A stretch of 64,000 bases of DNA. Origin: Staphylococcus phage S6. Under the pieces are notes generated by a model, which ran no database searches, had not been told where the DNA came from, and worked only from the letters and a program-made list of their open reading frames with translations. Positions 39,660-48,844 of this stretch are shown here, piece by piece. The DNA lies in sequence record LC680885.1. The stretch is one strand, 5' to 3'. Every line of letters begins with the position of its first letter. Position 1 is the first letter of the stretch. Made by a program: the position numbers and the translations under genes.

Positions 39660-40928
39660 TTATTTTCTAAAAGTTCCTTCAATACTATCTTTAATAATAA
39701 ATAATATACACGGAAGTAATACATAATCTTCCATATTCATATCATATTTATCATCATAGTAATTAAACACTTTACTTAATATTTTTTCTTCTATCTTTTC
39801 ATCATTCATATACATTGAGATTAATTTATATCTATCATCAAAGTAAGTTAAACTTTTAGTGCCTTGATAGTCTTCATTAACTTCATTAATCTTAGTTAAA
39901 TTACTCAATTCTATAAAATCGTTTAATCCATCTAATACTTCAGTGTCTTCTATACTTTTATGAACGAAGCTTATTTCTTTATACTTCTCTCTAAACATTT
40001 TTAAGAAATTATCCTTAGTGTCATTAAGAGTAATAACATTAGGTAAAGTCTTTTTATCCTTTAATTTTTCATATAGAGAGAATTTATAATTCTTTTGATT
40101 TATTCTTTCATTCTTAGGATTTTTATCTTTATAAGGTAATATATTAGAAAGATAAGTACTAGATTTTACTAATAGATTATTGTCATAAATAAATCTGGAT
40201 AAATTCAAATCAATATATTTAGTTGATGCGACTGCACTAAATTCATCTTCATAGTAAATAAAAGTATTTAATGAAGAATTATAGAAATGATCAATAAATA
40301 TTTGTGAAAATTCATCAGCGTATTTAATGCTATGATTGACTTGATAGAAATCTTCTTCTAGTATCAATGATTTATTATCTGTTCCAATATTGGAAAATAC
40401 TGTTCTATATACGTTTGATACCTGATTTTCAATATCTTCTGTATTAACATTAAAATTCTGATATTGTATTTTATAGTAAGCGGAATTCTCTAATGAACTC
40501 ATTTCTACATTAGTTACACGATATATTCTACTAGTTGCATTTTCTTTAGACTGATATTGAAATACAATAAAATCATCTGGTAAAGGTTCAATAGTACCTG
40601 GCAATATAACTGCTTCAGATTCTAAATCTTTTTCAGTTCCCCATTCCTCATCCCATTCAATTGTAGGATTCATTTCAGCTACGTTATACAAAGGGAAGTC
40701 TTTTAATTTATTATATTTCAAAGGAGAATTATCTCCAATAATTTCTTCAACATTATCTAGTGAACGATCAGAGGTAGATTTCTCATGATCTTTACTATAG
40801 TATGTAACAAAACTAGGAGCACCTGCTTGAAACTTACTATATTTTTCTGTACCGGATAAATATGAGGATACGTAACTATTTACAATATCTTTTGGTTGTA
40901 ATTCATCATTTGATATAAATGTACCCAT
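39660..40928 (-). CDS. hypothetical protein (422 aa)
   Basis: ORF with RBS gtgaggat. Confidence 0.5.
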   Translation of the reverse strand: MGTFISNDELQPKDIVNSYVSSYLSGTEKYSKFQAGAPSFVTYYSKDHEKSTSDRSLDNVEEIIGDNSPLKYNKLKDFPLYNVAEMNPTIEWDEEWGTEKDLESEAVILPGTIEPLPDDFIVFQYQSKENATSRIYRVTNVEMSSLENSAYYKIQYQNFNVNTEDIENQVSNVYRTVFSNIGTDNKSLILEEDFYQVNHSIKYADEFSQIFIDHFYNSSLNTFIYYEDEFSAVASTKYIDLNLSRFIYDNNLLVKSSTYLSNILPYKDKNPKNERINQKNYKFSLYEKLKDKKTLPNVITLNDTKDNFLKMFREKYKEISFVHKSIEDTEVLDGLNDFIELSNLTKINEVNEDYQGTKSLTYFDDRYKLISMYMNDEKIEEKILSKVFNYYDDKYDMNMEDYVLLPCILFIIKDSIEGTFRK

Positions 40929-41004
40929 ATATTCTCATTATCCTCACTTTCTTTATTAAATTTCGTATATGGTATTGTTATCTTTGAATTTTGTTTTAAT
41001 ATAA

Positions 41005-41048
41005 TAATCCCAATACCTTAATATTATATTAATAGGTATTGGGATAAA
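41005..41048 (-). terminator. terminator-like hairpin
   Basis: atcccaatacct/aggtattgggat 12-bp stem; same stem family as the hairpin at 9916. Confidence 0.5.
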
Positions 41049-41063
41049 ATATTTTATAAAAAA

Positions 41064-41573
41064 TTAAAGACCAAATTCTTTATCTAAAGATTCTTCTAAA
41101 GAACTAATATCTTCATTAGTTTGTTCTTCTTCTTTAACAGCTTCAAATAAGCTAAATAAAGCTTCTTCAACAGGACTTACAACTGAATCAATTTTATTTT
41201 CCATAGCTTCATTTAATTTAGTAGGTAATTTTTTGAATAGAGCAATGTATTTCTTTTCATTATTTCTAGCCCAAGCTTCTGCTTTTTTAGGACTTTGGAA
41301 AGCACATACTCGAATAAAACGATTTAAAATAGATGTTTTACCTTTAGCATCAATTACTCTGTAAGTAAATATAACTGTTCCATCTTCATGAGCATCTAAA
41401 GCAAATTCATTTTCATCAAATTTTTTACCTTTAGCGATAACTTTAGCTTTCTTTTTAGTAGCACGTGCTATGAATTTTTCCTCTGTATCTTTATCAGAAG
41501 GGTTTACCATTTTTCTTAATGTATCCTTCACATTAGCTTCATTTAATAATGTTTCTTGTAAAAAATCTTCCAT
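41064..41573 (-). CDS. hypothetical protein (169 aa), paralog of the C-terminal domain of ORF 41615
   Basis: ...AFQSPKKAEAWARNNEKKYIALFKKLP is paralogous to ...RFKEAQKWVQSNGNKFVSIFKKAP; ends ...SLEESLDKEFGL. Confidence 0.5.
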   Translation of the reverse strand: MEDFLQETLLNEANVKDTLRKMVNPSDKDTEEKFIARATKKKAKVIAKGKKFDENEFALDAHEDGTVIFTYRVIDAKGKTSILNRFIRVCAFQSPKKAEAWARNNEKKYIALFKKLPTKLNEAMENKIDSVVSPVEEALFSLFEAVKEEEQTNEDISSLEESLDKEFGL

Positions 41574-41614
41574 AATTATAATTCCTACTTTCGTAATTTA
41601 TTTTTCTATATAAT

Positions 41615-42643
41615 TTAGTTTAGTTTAAATTCCTCATCTAATATTTTTTCTAAATTTTCAATAACTTTATCATCTTCATCAATTTCAGGTTTCTTATCAG
41701 GAGCTTTCTTGAAGATAGATACAAATTTATTTCCATTACTTTGAACCCATTTTTGTGCTTCTTTGAAACGATCTGCAACTATTCCAATAGGTATTCTTCG
41801 AATTTTATCTTTACCTTTATATTTAACAGGTACTTCTAAAGCAGCGTTTTTACCACCAGTACGTTTGGCTACTACTACAACATTACTTGAATCAATCCTA
41901 ATACCTTTACTTTTAGCTTTTATTTTAAAATTCATACAAGCTTTAGCAAAATCCGCTTCAAGCGTATCAGGCTCAACAATTCCTTCTTGAACTGCAACGT
42001 CTGAAGTATTACCACAATCTTCACATACTAATTGTCCTGATTCATTTGGAGACATTTTAGATCCACATTCTTCACAAATAGGTTCTTCTTTATCAGTATC
42101 AATATCTCTTTTTAATTCTTCATTTAATTTTTTCTTACTATTTTTCAATTTCTCTTTATATTCTGCAATCTTTCTTTTTTTCTCTTTTTTATCTTTAGTA
42201 TTTTTAATATCTTCAATATCTTTTCGAAGTTCTAATTTTAATTTATCCTTCTTAATTCTACTTTCAGCAGCTTTTTTAGCTTCATCTGAAGGTTTCATCT
42301 TTTTAAGTTCAGGAAAAACTAATGACTTATTTTTATTCATTATTCTTTCATACTGTCCACCTGAAGCAATAGTTCTATTAATTCTAACTACAGCAAAATC
42401 TCTTTCTGTATTTTCTCCACTAACTAGATTTTTACATTTTACTTCTAAGTTTATATTAGTTCCCATATAAACAAATTTAATAGGTTGGAAGTTAGCATAT
42501 CCTTGTTTTGTTAAACCATCTATCCCTTTTTGATATTGGTTTATGATAACACCTATCATGCTTTTAAAAAAATCTTGTTCTGGATCTTCATTAACTAAAT
42601 TAAATTCTTTGTCTAGAGATTCTTCTAAAGATTTCAAATCCAT
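41615..42643 (-). CDS. hypothetical protein (342 aa) with zinc ribbon
   Basis: Begins MDLKSLEESLDKEFNL (the same peptide that ends ORF 41064); PICEECGSKMSPNESGQLVCEDCG zinc ribbon. Confidence 0.5.
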   Translation of the reverse strand: MDLKSLEESLDKEFNLVNEDPEQDFFKSMIGVIINQYQKGIDGLTKQGYANFQPIKFVYMGTNINLEVKCKNLVSGENTERDFAVVRINRTIASGGQYERIMNKNKSLVFPELKKMKPSDEAKKAAESRIKKDKLKLELRKDIEDIKNTKDKKEKKRKIAEYKEKLKNSKKKLNEELKRDIDTDKEEPICEECGSKMSPNESGQLVCEDCGNTSDVAVQEGIVEPDTLEADFAKACMNFKIKAKSKGIRIDSSNVVVVAKRTGGKNAALEVPVKYKGKDKIRRIPIGIVADRFKEAQKWVQSNGNKFVSIFKKAPDKKPEIDEDDKVIENLEKILDEEFKLN

Positions 42644-42710
42644 TATATTTTCCTCATTTCTATTTATTTTATTAATATTAATGTGTTAAAATAATGATTT
42701 ATTAAAAATA

Positions 42711-42739
42711 ACCCTAACCAAAGTATAAATGGTTAGGGT
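42711..42739 (-). terminator. terminator hairpin (CCCTAACC family) downstream of the RNAP beta gene
   Basis: accctaacc-aaagtataaat-ggttagggt; U-rich on the minus strand. Confidence 0.65.
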
Positions 42740-42747
42740 ATATAATA

Positions 42748-45700
42748 TTAAAGCATATCTTTTACTTTACGTTTTAATTCTATTAAAGCTTTATTAGTTG
42801 CCAGCATTAAATAAATATCAGTAGTCATACGAGATACGATACTTAATGGAGAGAATATAGCTTCAATTTCTTCGTCAGGTCTATATTCTGCATAAGGAGA
42901 TTCATTAGGAGGAGTAACATCAGCAATAACTGTTTTACATGCACCGTAGAAACTGATCTTATCACCAATACTCATATCATCTTCATACTCTGTGAAGATT
43001 TCAATAAGCACTCCATCTACTTTCTCACCTTTAATTTTCTCACTATTAATTTTCTCTACAGCTGGAATATCTACATCTAATCCAGGTAATGTAGATTTAT
43101 TATCTTTAACTGCATTTTTGTATTCTCTATATTTACTTTTAGATTTATTAATATAACTATTAACTAATTTAGCTAATGTAGGAGACATATTTTCAATATC
43201 ATCATTATAATAGATATTTACTTTTTTAATTTCTCCAGTATATTTAGATCTAACAGCTCTATTAGAAATATCTTGTATTTCTTGTTCGAATTCAGAACCG
43301 ATTTTATCTAATAAAGAACCAATACCTTCATCATCAAATGAATTCTCAAATATCATTAATGGGTCTCCTGTACGTACATTTTGACCTTCTTTAACAATAT
43401 ATTGAATATTCGTACTAGAAGCTAAGTTGACTGTTTTCTTCATAGTAACTTTAGTTGACATTGCTTCAGACATACTATTAGAAATAATAGAACTATCTTC
43501 GTACGTGCCATAGCTTGAAGCAACTGCAACTTTAGATAATTTACCAGCAGCAAATTGAATATCATTATTACTGCCAGATCCTGCAAAGTAACTATCATTT
43601 TTAGCCAATACTTGTCCTTTATTAAATTTCTTACCTACTTCAAATTGTGGAGTAAGTTTATTATTTTGATAGAAACCACCATTAGAGTTTTTAGCAAGTT
43701 TTTCAGATATATCAATTACATCTTTATCTCCATTAATGTATTCAACAAGCATTAATCCTGTTTTCTCATTAACAGAAGTTACTTTCCCATCTTCTTTAGC
43801 TTTAAAAGCAAAAGTATCTGAAATTTGATAGGCTAAAGATTTATCTACACCAGATCCAACTAATGGACGGTCATTTGTTTTAGTAGCGATTAAATGTTTA
43901 GCTTGGGTACCTGTCATTCCTATTCTCGGACTATCTGCATGTCTACTAGTATATGGGTTCAATAATTCTAATGGAGTATATAAAGCTGTATCACTTACAT
44001 CTTTTTTACTACCATCAGTATATCCACGAGTAGATTTAATCTGTGTATCATATGAAAGTTGTCTAACTATACCTACTTTATTACTGTCAGGTGTGCTTAT
44101 TCCTAATATACCTTGCATACTTTCATCATAAGAACGAATATCAGGTTCATATGATTGTTCAGAGTTACGTCCAGCAGGACCTTTAAATGTAACAGAAGTC
44201 ATCTTATCTATTTCTAAGTTAGGGTTTAAATCAGATACTTCATCTACTGTAGGTTGTTCCATAATAGTTTTAATTAATTGATCTTGTTTAACTGAAATAT
44301 TCTTAGGATTTTTATTATTATAAGAATCTGAATATTCTTTATAAGCATTTGCCATCATTTTATACAATAATGCGTTAATTTGCTCTGGTCCACGTACACG
44401 ATAAATTCCCATATCATTATGATCTCTAGCCGATACATCTTCTAACATCGTATTAGCTAATAGTAATAATTCAACCATATTATCAGGAAGTTTTAAATCT
44501 CTTAATACTTCTTTAGTAATAGGATCCATTGCTAAATCCATAGTATTTTTAATACCTTTACCAACATTACGACTGTAGAATTTATCATTGAAATATTCTA
44601 AGTAAGGTGTTTCAGTTTCAAAATCACTGAAATTGTATTGTGAAGTAGGTAATACAGTTAATCCAGACATTAATAAATCAAATCTTAATTTATCAGTAGA
44701 GTATATTAAATAACCGTCTTGGAATTTAATCTTATTCTTTTTATCATGAATGCTAATTCTTTCATTCTCAGTAGTAAATTTATAATCAACTTCATAAAGA
44801 TCAAGAATATTAGTTAAACCTTTATAGAAACCTAATAATAGAATTGTAGGTACTAGTTTATTAGTAATTTTAACACGTGAAAATGCCATCGTCTTATTAG
44901 ATTGAATATTCTTACTGAATTTCTTATCAATAACTCCAAAGTCAACTTCATTATCTAGTTTATCAATAATGTAATCAAATATATTTACTTCCATAGATTT
45001 AATATTAGATTTACTACATTCATACATAACAGATTCTGTTTTATCTGCTAATATTAATTTAGATTTATTAATATTATAACCAATAGGGAAATATTTATCT
45101 TGATCATAATCAATCTTAGATAAACTAGCACTATCAGAAATCATACCTAATAAACTTCTTTGGTTGAATTCAAGTACATTAGTACCATCTTGGAAATTTA
45201 ATATATTTCTAGATAAACTATTATAGATAACTGAAGTTACATATTTATTATTGATTAAAGAAGCATTACCCTTTTTAACAGATAAGTTAGATTTATTTTC
45301 AATATAATCTATAACTTGATCATCTTCAATAACTTTCTTAATCCATTCAGTTTCAGCATTTTCTTTATAACCGAATTTTTCTATAATGAATTTATTATAG
45401 TTAGTTGTAATCCAAACAGTATCAGGTTTATATTTAACGATTGGCCACATCATTAATTGTTTAGTTAATACTTTTTTACCGCCATTAAGTTTCATATATT
45501 TGCCGTCAATAACTTTAGGAACATCAAATTTAACATTATGAGTTAAACCATCTGGACTTCTAAATTGGACTTTAACTGTATTTTTTAATGACTGACTATC
45601 TGAATTATCTTCAATATTCATTTTATTAATAAATACCGGAATATCTTCATTGTCATTAAAGCTTTTCATTATATCAATAAAGTCTTTATTAAATGTTTTT

Positions 45701-47001
45701 TGCATATAAGAGATATCAAAATCATTAGAAGCAATGTTATTAATAGTCTCTTCATTGATATTATTAATATTTTCATTAATTTCTCTATCGATTAATTTAT
45801 CTTCAGAAAAACTAAAATCTTCTAAATCATTAAGGTATTCATCTTGTTTCTTAGATAAAGCTAATATCTTTTTAGTATTTTTAAGAGCTTCATCACCAAT
45901 GCTAGATTTATTTTTAATATTTCTTTTAATTGATTTAAATGAATCATTCTTGTCTAATACATCTGAATATAAAGTTTCTGTATCAATATCAATTAAATCT
46001 TTATTATCATTTAATTCTTTTTCAATTATCATAGCTATATTATATTCATCATCAACATCCATTTCAGTATTGTCTAATGATCTAATATAACTTATTGTAG
46101 AATCTATTTTATTAGATATTTTTTCTAACTGTTCATCATTTTCATATTCAACTTCATCATTCTGAGCTTCGATAGGATCAATTGTTCCTACATTATCAAA
46201 TGCTTTCTTTTTAATTACTCCATCTACAGCTTCAGTATTATCATCATCTTCAACTTTACTAATTTCATCAGTATCCAATGCTTGTGTATTAGTGTCAATG
46301 ATTCTTCTTAATCTTTGTCTAAGTCTCATATTAAGTTTATTATAATCTTTGTAATCAAATTTAAACATTATTCCATTATCTAATGAGACAAATAATAAAT
46401 CAACATTTTGATTTTCACCATGAGGTAATTCTTCTTGATTCTTAATCATCATGAATAAGCTTGACATGAAATCTTTTGTATTAGGTCTAATAGCTTGTTG
46501 AGAAGGTTTATTATATCCATCAACATTAATTACATAAAGTAAATTATTATAATCTTCTGTATTATTTAAAGAGTTAAAAGTTGATTTAATTGAATTTAAT
46601 ACTGTATTAAAGTTTTTAGTCATTAATGATTTATCTTCTAAATCAATAAATTTAGTTGAATCAACAATATAGTTTCTACCTTTAAATAATTTCTCATTTC
46701 TTTCAACTCTATACTGTTTATAAGATTTAGATTTAATTTCTTTTTGATAATCTGTTATATTCGTTAATAATCTAGTTCTTCTATTTTGAGTTCTATACAA
46801 TCTTGGTGTATAGATATTCTTGAAATTCTGATGATATAATAATCCACTATTTAAGAAATCAGTAAATGAATTTTCTTTAAAACCTTTATAAATAACTAAC
46901 TGGTCTTTTTTCTTATCTTTGATTTCTTCATCAATAGCTTTAATTTTATATCCAGATATTGAATAGAATTTAAGATTTTTTAATCTATTAAGATATTTCA
47001 A
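42748..47001 (-). CDS. multisubunit RNA polymerase beta subunit-like (1417 aa, apparently unsplit)
   Basis: GPAGRNSEQSYEPDIRSYDESMQGILGISTPDSNKVGIVRQLSYDTQIKSTRGY aligns with bacterial beta [46 protein letters not shown]. Near the C-terminus GDKISFYGACKTVIADVTPPNESPYAEY...IFSPLSIVSRM aligns with GDKMAGRHGNKGVISKI...PY...LNPLGVPSRM. Confidence 0.8.
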   Translation of the reverse strand: MKYLNRLKNLKFYSISGYKIKAIDEEIKDKKKDQLVIYKGFKENSFTDFLNSGLLYHQNFKNIYTPRLYRTQNRRTRLLTNITDYQKEIKSKSYKQYRVERNEKLFKGRNYIVDSTKFIDLEDKSLMTKNFNTVLNSIKSTFNSLNNTEDYNNLLYVINVDGYNKPSQQAIRPNTKDFMSSLFMMIKNQEELPHGENQNVDLLFVSLDNGIMFKFDYKDYNKLNMRLRQRLRRIIDTNTQALDTDEISKVEDDDNTEAVDGVIKKKAFDNVGTIDPIEAQNDEVEYENDEQLEKISNKIDSTISYIRSLDNTEMDVDDEYNIAMIIEKELNDNKDLIDIDTETLYSDVLDKNDSFKSIKRNIKNKSSIGDEALKNTKKILALSKKQDEYLNDLEDFSFSEDKLIDREINENINNINEETINNIASNDFDISYMQKTFNKDFIDIMKSFNDNEDIPVFINKMNIEDNSDSQSLKNTVKVQFRSPDGLTHNVKFDVPKVIDGKYMKLNGGKKVLTKQLMMWPIVKYKPDTVWITTNYNKFIIEKFGYKENAETEWIKKVIEDDQVIDYIENKSNLSVKKGNASLINNKYVTSVIYNSLSRNILNFQDGTNVLEFNQRSLLGMISDSASLSKIDYDQDKYFPIGYNINKSKLILADKTESVMYECSKSNIKSMEVNIFDYIIDKLDNEVDFGVIDKKFSKNIQSNKTMAFSRVKITNKLVPTILLLGFYKGLTNILDLYEVDYKFTTENERISIHDKKNKIKFQDGYLIYSTDKLRFDLLMSGLTVLPTSQYNFSDFETETPYLEYFNDKFYSRNVGKGIKNTMDLAMDPITKEVLRDLKLPDNMVELLLLANTMLEDVSARDHNDMGIYRVRGPEQINALLYKMMANAYKEYSDSYNNKNPKNISVKQDQLIKTIMEQPTVDEVSDLNPNLEIDKMTSVTFKGPAGRNSEQSYEPDIRSYDESMQGILGISTPDSNKVGIVRQLSYDTQIKSTRGYTDGSKKDVSDTALYTPLELLNPYTSRHADSPRIGMTGTQAKHLIATKTNDRPLVGSGVDKSLAYQISDTFAFKAKEDGKVTSVNEKTGLMLVEYINGDKDVIDISEKLAKNSNGGFYQNNKLTPQFEVGKKFNKGQVLAKNDSYFAGSGSNNDIQFAAGKLSKVAVASSYGTYEDSSIISNSMSEAMSTKVTMKKTVNLASSTNIQYIVKEGQNVRTGDPLMIFENSFDDEGIGSLLDKIGSEFEQEIQDISNRAVRSKYTGEIKKVNIYYNDDIENMSPTLAKLVNSYINKSKSKYREYKNAVKDNKSTLPGLDVDIPAVEKINSEKIKGEKVDGVLIEIFTEYEDDMSIGDKISFYGACKTVIADVTPPNESPYAEYRPDEEIEAIFSPLSIVSRMTTDIYLMLATNKALIELKRKVKDML

Positions 47002-47461
47002 TTATGCCATTCCTTTCCGTATTTAATTTTATTGATTAATATATTTATATTACTTTTATTTTATAATATTATTCAATAAATTTCCTATATACAATAGTTT
47101 TGATTACTATCATTATGTATTTTAATTGGATTTATAAAAATAAAATAACGAACTATGTGAGTTATTTTTAAATACATTTTTATGAAATAAAAATGTGTAC
47201 TATCCCCTCATAATATTTTAATTTATATAAATATACTATAAGAATAGTATATTTATTATTATAATATTTTATTATAATATAATTATAATATTCCGGACAC
47301 TTTCAAATTTTTTATCACATAATGGTACAAATTTATAATTTTTTAAATAATTAATATAAAAATATTTATTAACTTCATACATATTGTTTAATTATATAAA
47401 AATTATAAAATACTCAGTAACATCTAAATATCAATAAAATAATGAAAGAAGTGAAAATAAA
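47002..47461. promoter_or_regulatory. 460-bp AT-rich divergent intergenic region between RNAP beta (minus) and the beta-prime C-like gene (plus)
   Basis: ATTATAATA-type repeats (47251-47290); no ORF. Confidence 0.4.
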
Positions 47462-48688
47462 TTGGCTAATATGAATTATGAAAATAAAACACTTAATGAA
47501 AAAGAAGTATCGACATTATTAAGTGTTGGTAAAGATGACATTACATTAGACAAGTTAAAAGAATTATTTGCTTTTAGACAAAATACAGAACCAATGTATA
47601 ATCCAACGGATAAATTTACATTAAAGAAAGATCTAGTCTATAATAAAAAAGATGAAAAAACTACTGTAGGTAGATATATATTTAATAAATTTATTTTAGA
47701 TAATAAAATTGGACCGATTATAGGCTATATGAATCGTGATATGGGCGGTTCTGGAGTAGGTAAACTTCAATCTGATTTATCAAATTTATTACTTAATGAT
47801 ATTATTACTACACAAGAAATGTCAAATTATATCGATAAATTACAATGGTTAGGTTTCTCTATAGCCAGTTTTATTAATTCTAGTCTAACTACTACAATGA
47901 TGACTGCTACTGAAAAAGTTAAACAGAAAAAAGAAGAGTTATTAGTTAAATATGAAAAAGCATTGAATACTCCTGGAGAGGAATTAAATGCAATATCAGT
48001 TATTGAAAAAGAATTAATCAATTTAAGTAAAGAAGAATTAAAAGGTTTAGCTGATTTAGATATTTATGATAGTGGTTCACGTGGTTCATTCGGCAATAAC
48101 TATAAATTAACTGCATTAATTCGTGGAGCAAATAAAAACTTTGCTGATCCAAGTAAAATTAGAATTGCTAAAAGCTCACTAGCTGAAGGAATTGATCCTA
48201 ATGAACTTTATATGTTTGGAGATATTATGACTGCAGGTTCAGCTGGACGTGCACTAGGTACTCAAGAAGGAGGGTATCAGGCTAAGCAACTAATGTCGGC
48301 CTTCCAAACAACTGTTTTAGATAAAAAAGGTTCTGACTGTAGAACAAATCATTTCCTTAAATTAATATTAGATAAATCAAACGCATCATTAATGATGTAT
48401 AGATATTTTAAAGATAATAACGCAAGATCAGGTCAATTAGTTTTATTAACTCCTGAAAATGTAGATGATTACATGGGTAGAGTTTTAGAATTTAGAAGTC
48501 CTATGTATTGTGCAAGTGAAGATATTTGTAGTAAATGTGCAGGAGAATTACCATATAAATTAGGAATTGAAAATATTGGTCTATTAGTTAACCAAGTTGC
48601 TCAAGCAATCGTAACAAGTTCAATGAAATCTTTCCATGATATGACGATTAAACAAAATGAAATAGATATAGAAAGTTATATAGAATAA
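47462..48688 (+). CDS. second multisubunit RNAP beta-prime C-terminal-like protein (408 aa)
   Basis: GSAGRALGTQEGGYQAKQLMSAFQT is a bridge-helix-like segment. RSPMYCASEDICSKCAGELPYKLGIENIGLLVNQVAQAIVTSSMKSFHD is a region-G-like segment paralogous to ORF 22463. Start could be TTG 47462 or ATG 47471. Confidence 0.7.
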   Translation: MANMNYENKTLNEKEVSTLLSVGKDDITLDKLKELFAFRQNTEPMYNPTDKFTLKKDLVYNKKDEKTTVGRYIFNKFILDNKIGPIIGYMNRDMGGSGVGKLQSDLSNLLLNDIITTQEMSNYIDKLQWLGFSIASFINSSLTTTMMTATEKVKQKKEELLVKYEKALNTPGEELNAISVIEKELINLSKEELKGLADLDIYDSGSRGSFGNNYKLTALIRGANKNFADPSKIRIAKSSLAEGIDPNELYMFGDIMTAGSAGRALGTQEGGYQAKQLMSAFQTTVLDKKGSDCRTNHFLKLILDKSNASLMMYRYFKDNNARSGQLVLLTPENVDDYMGRVLEFRSPMYCASEDICSKCAGELPYKLGIENIGLLVNQVAQAIVTSSMKSFHDMTIKQNEIDIESYIE

Positions 48689-48695
48689 CATAGAT

Positions 48696-48737
48696 AGGAT
48701 AACAATCATTAAATTGATTGTTATCCTTATTTTATTG
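48696..48737 (+). terminator. rho-independent terminator
   Basis: 12-bp stem aggataacaatc/gattgttatcct, followed by tattttatt. Confidence 0.75.
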
Positions 48738-48750
48738 GATTAAATCGTTC

Positions 48751-48776
48751 TTTAAATTTATATTATAATTATGAGG
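48751..48776 (+). promoter_or_regulatory. variant promoter-like motif TTTAAATTTATATTATAATTATGAGG
   Basis: 24/26 identical to the copy at 1807. Confidence 0.5.
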
Positions 48777-48844
48777 TGAATGATGTGTATTAATGTGATA
48801 TACTTATAATTATAAAAATAAATTTAATGGAGATGAAATGGATA

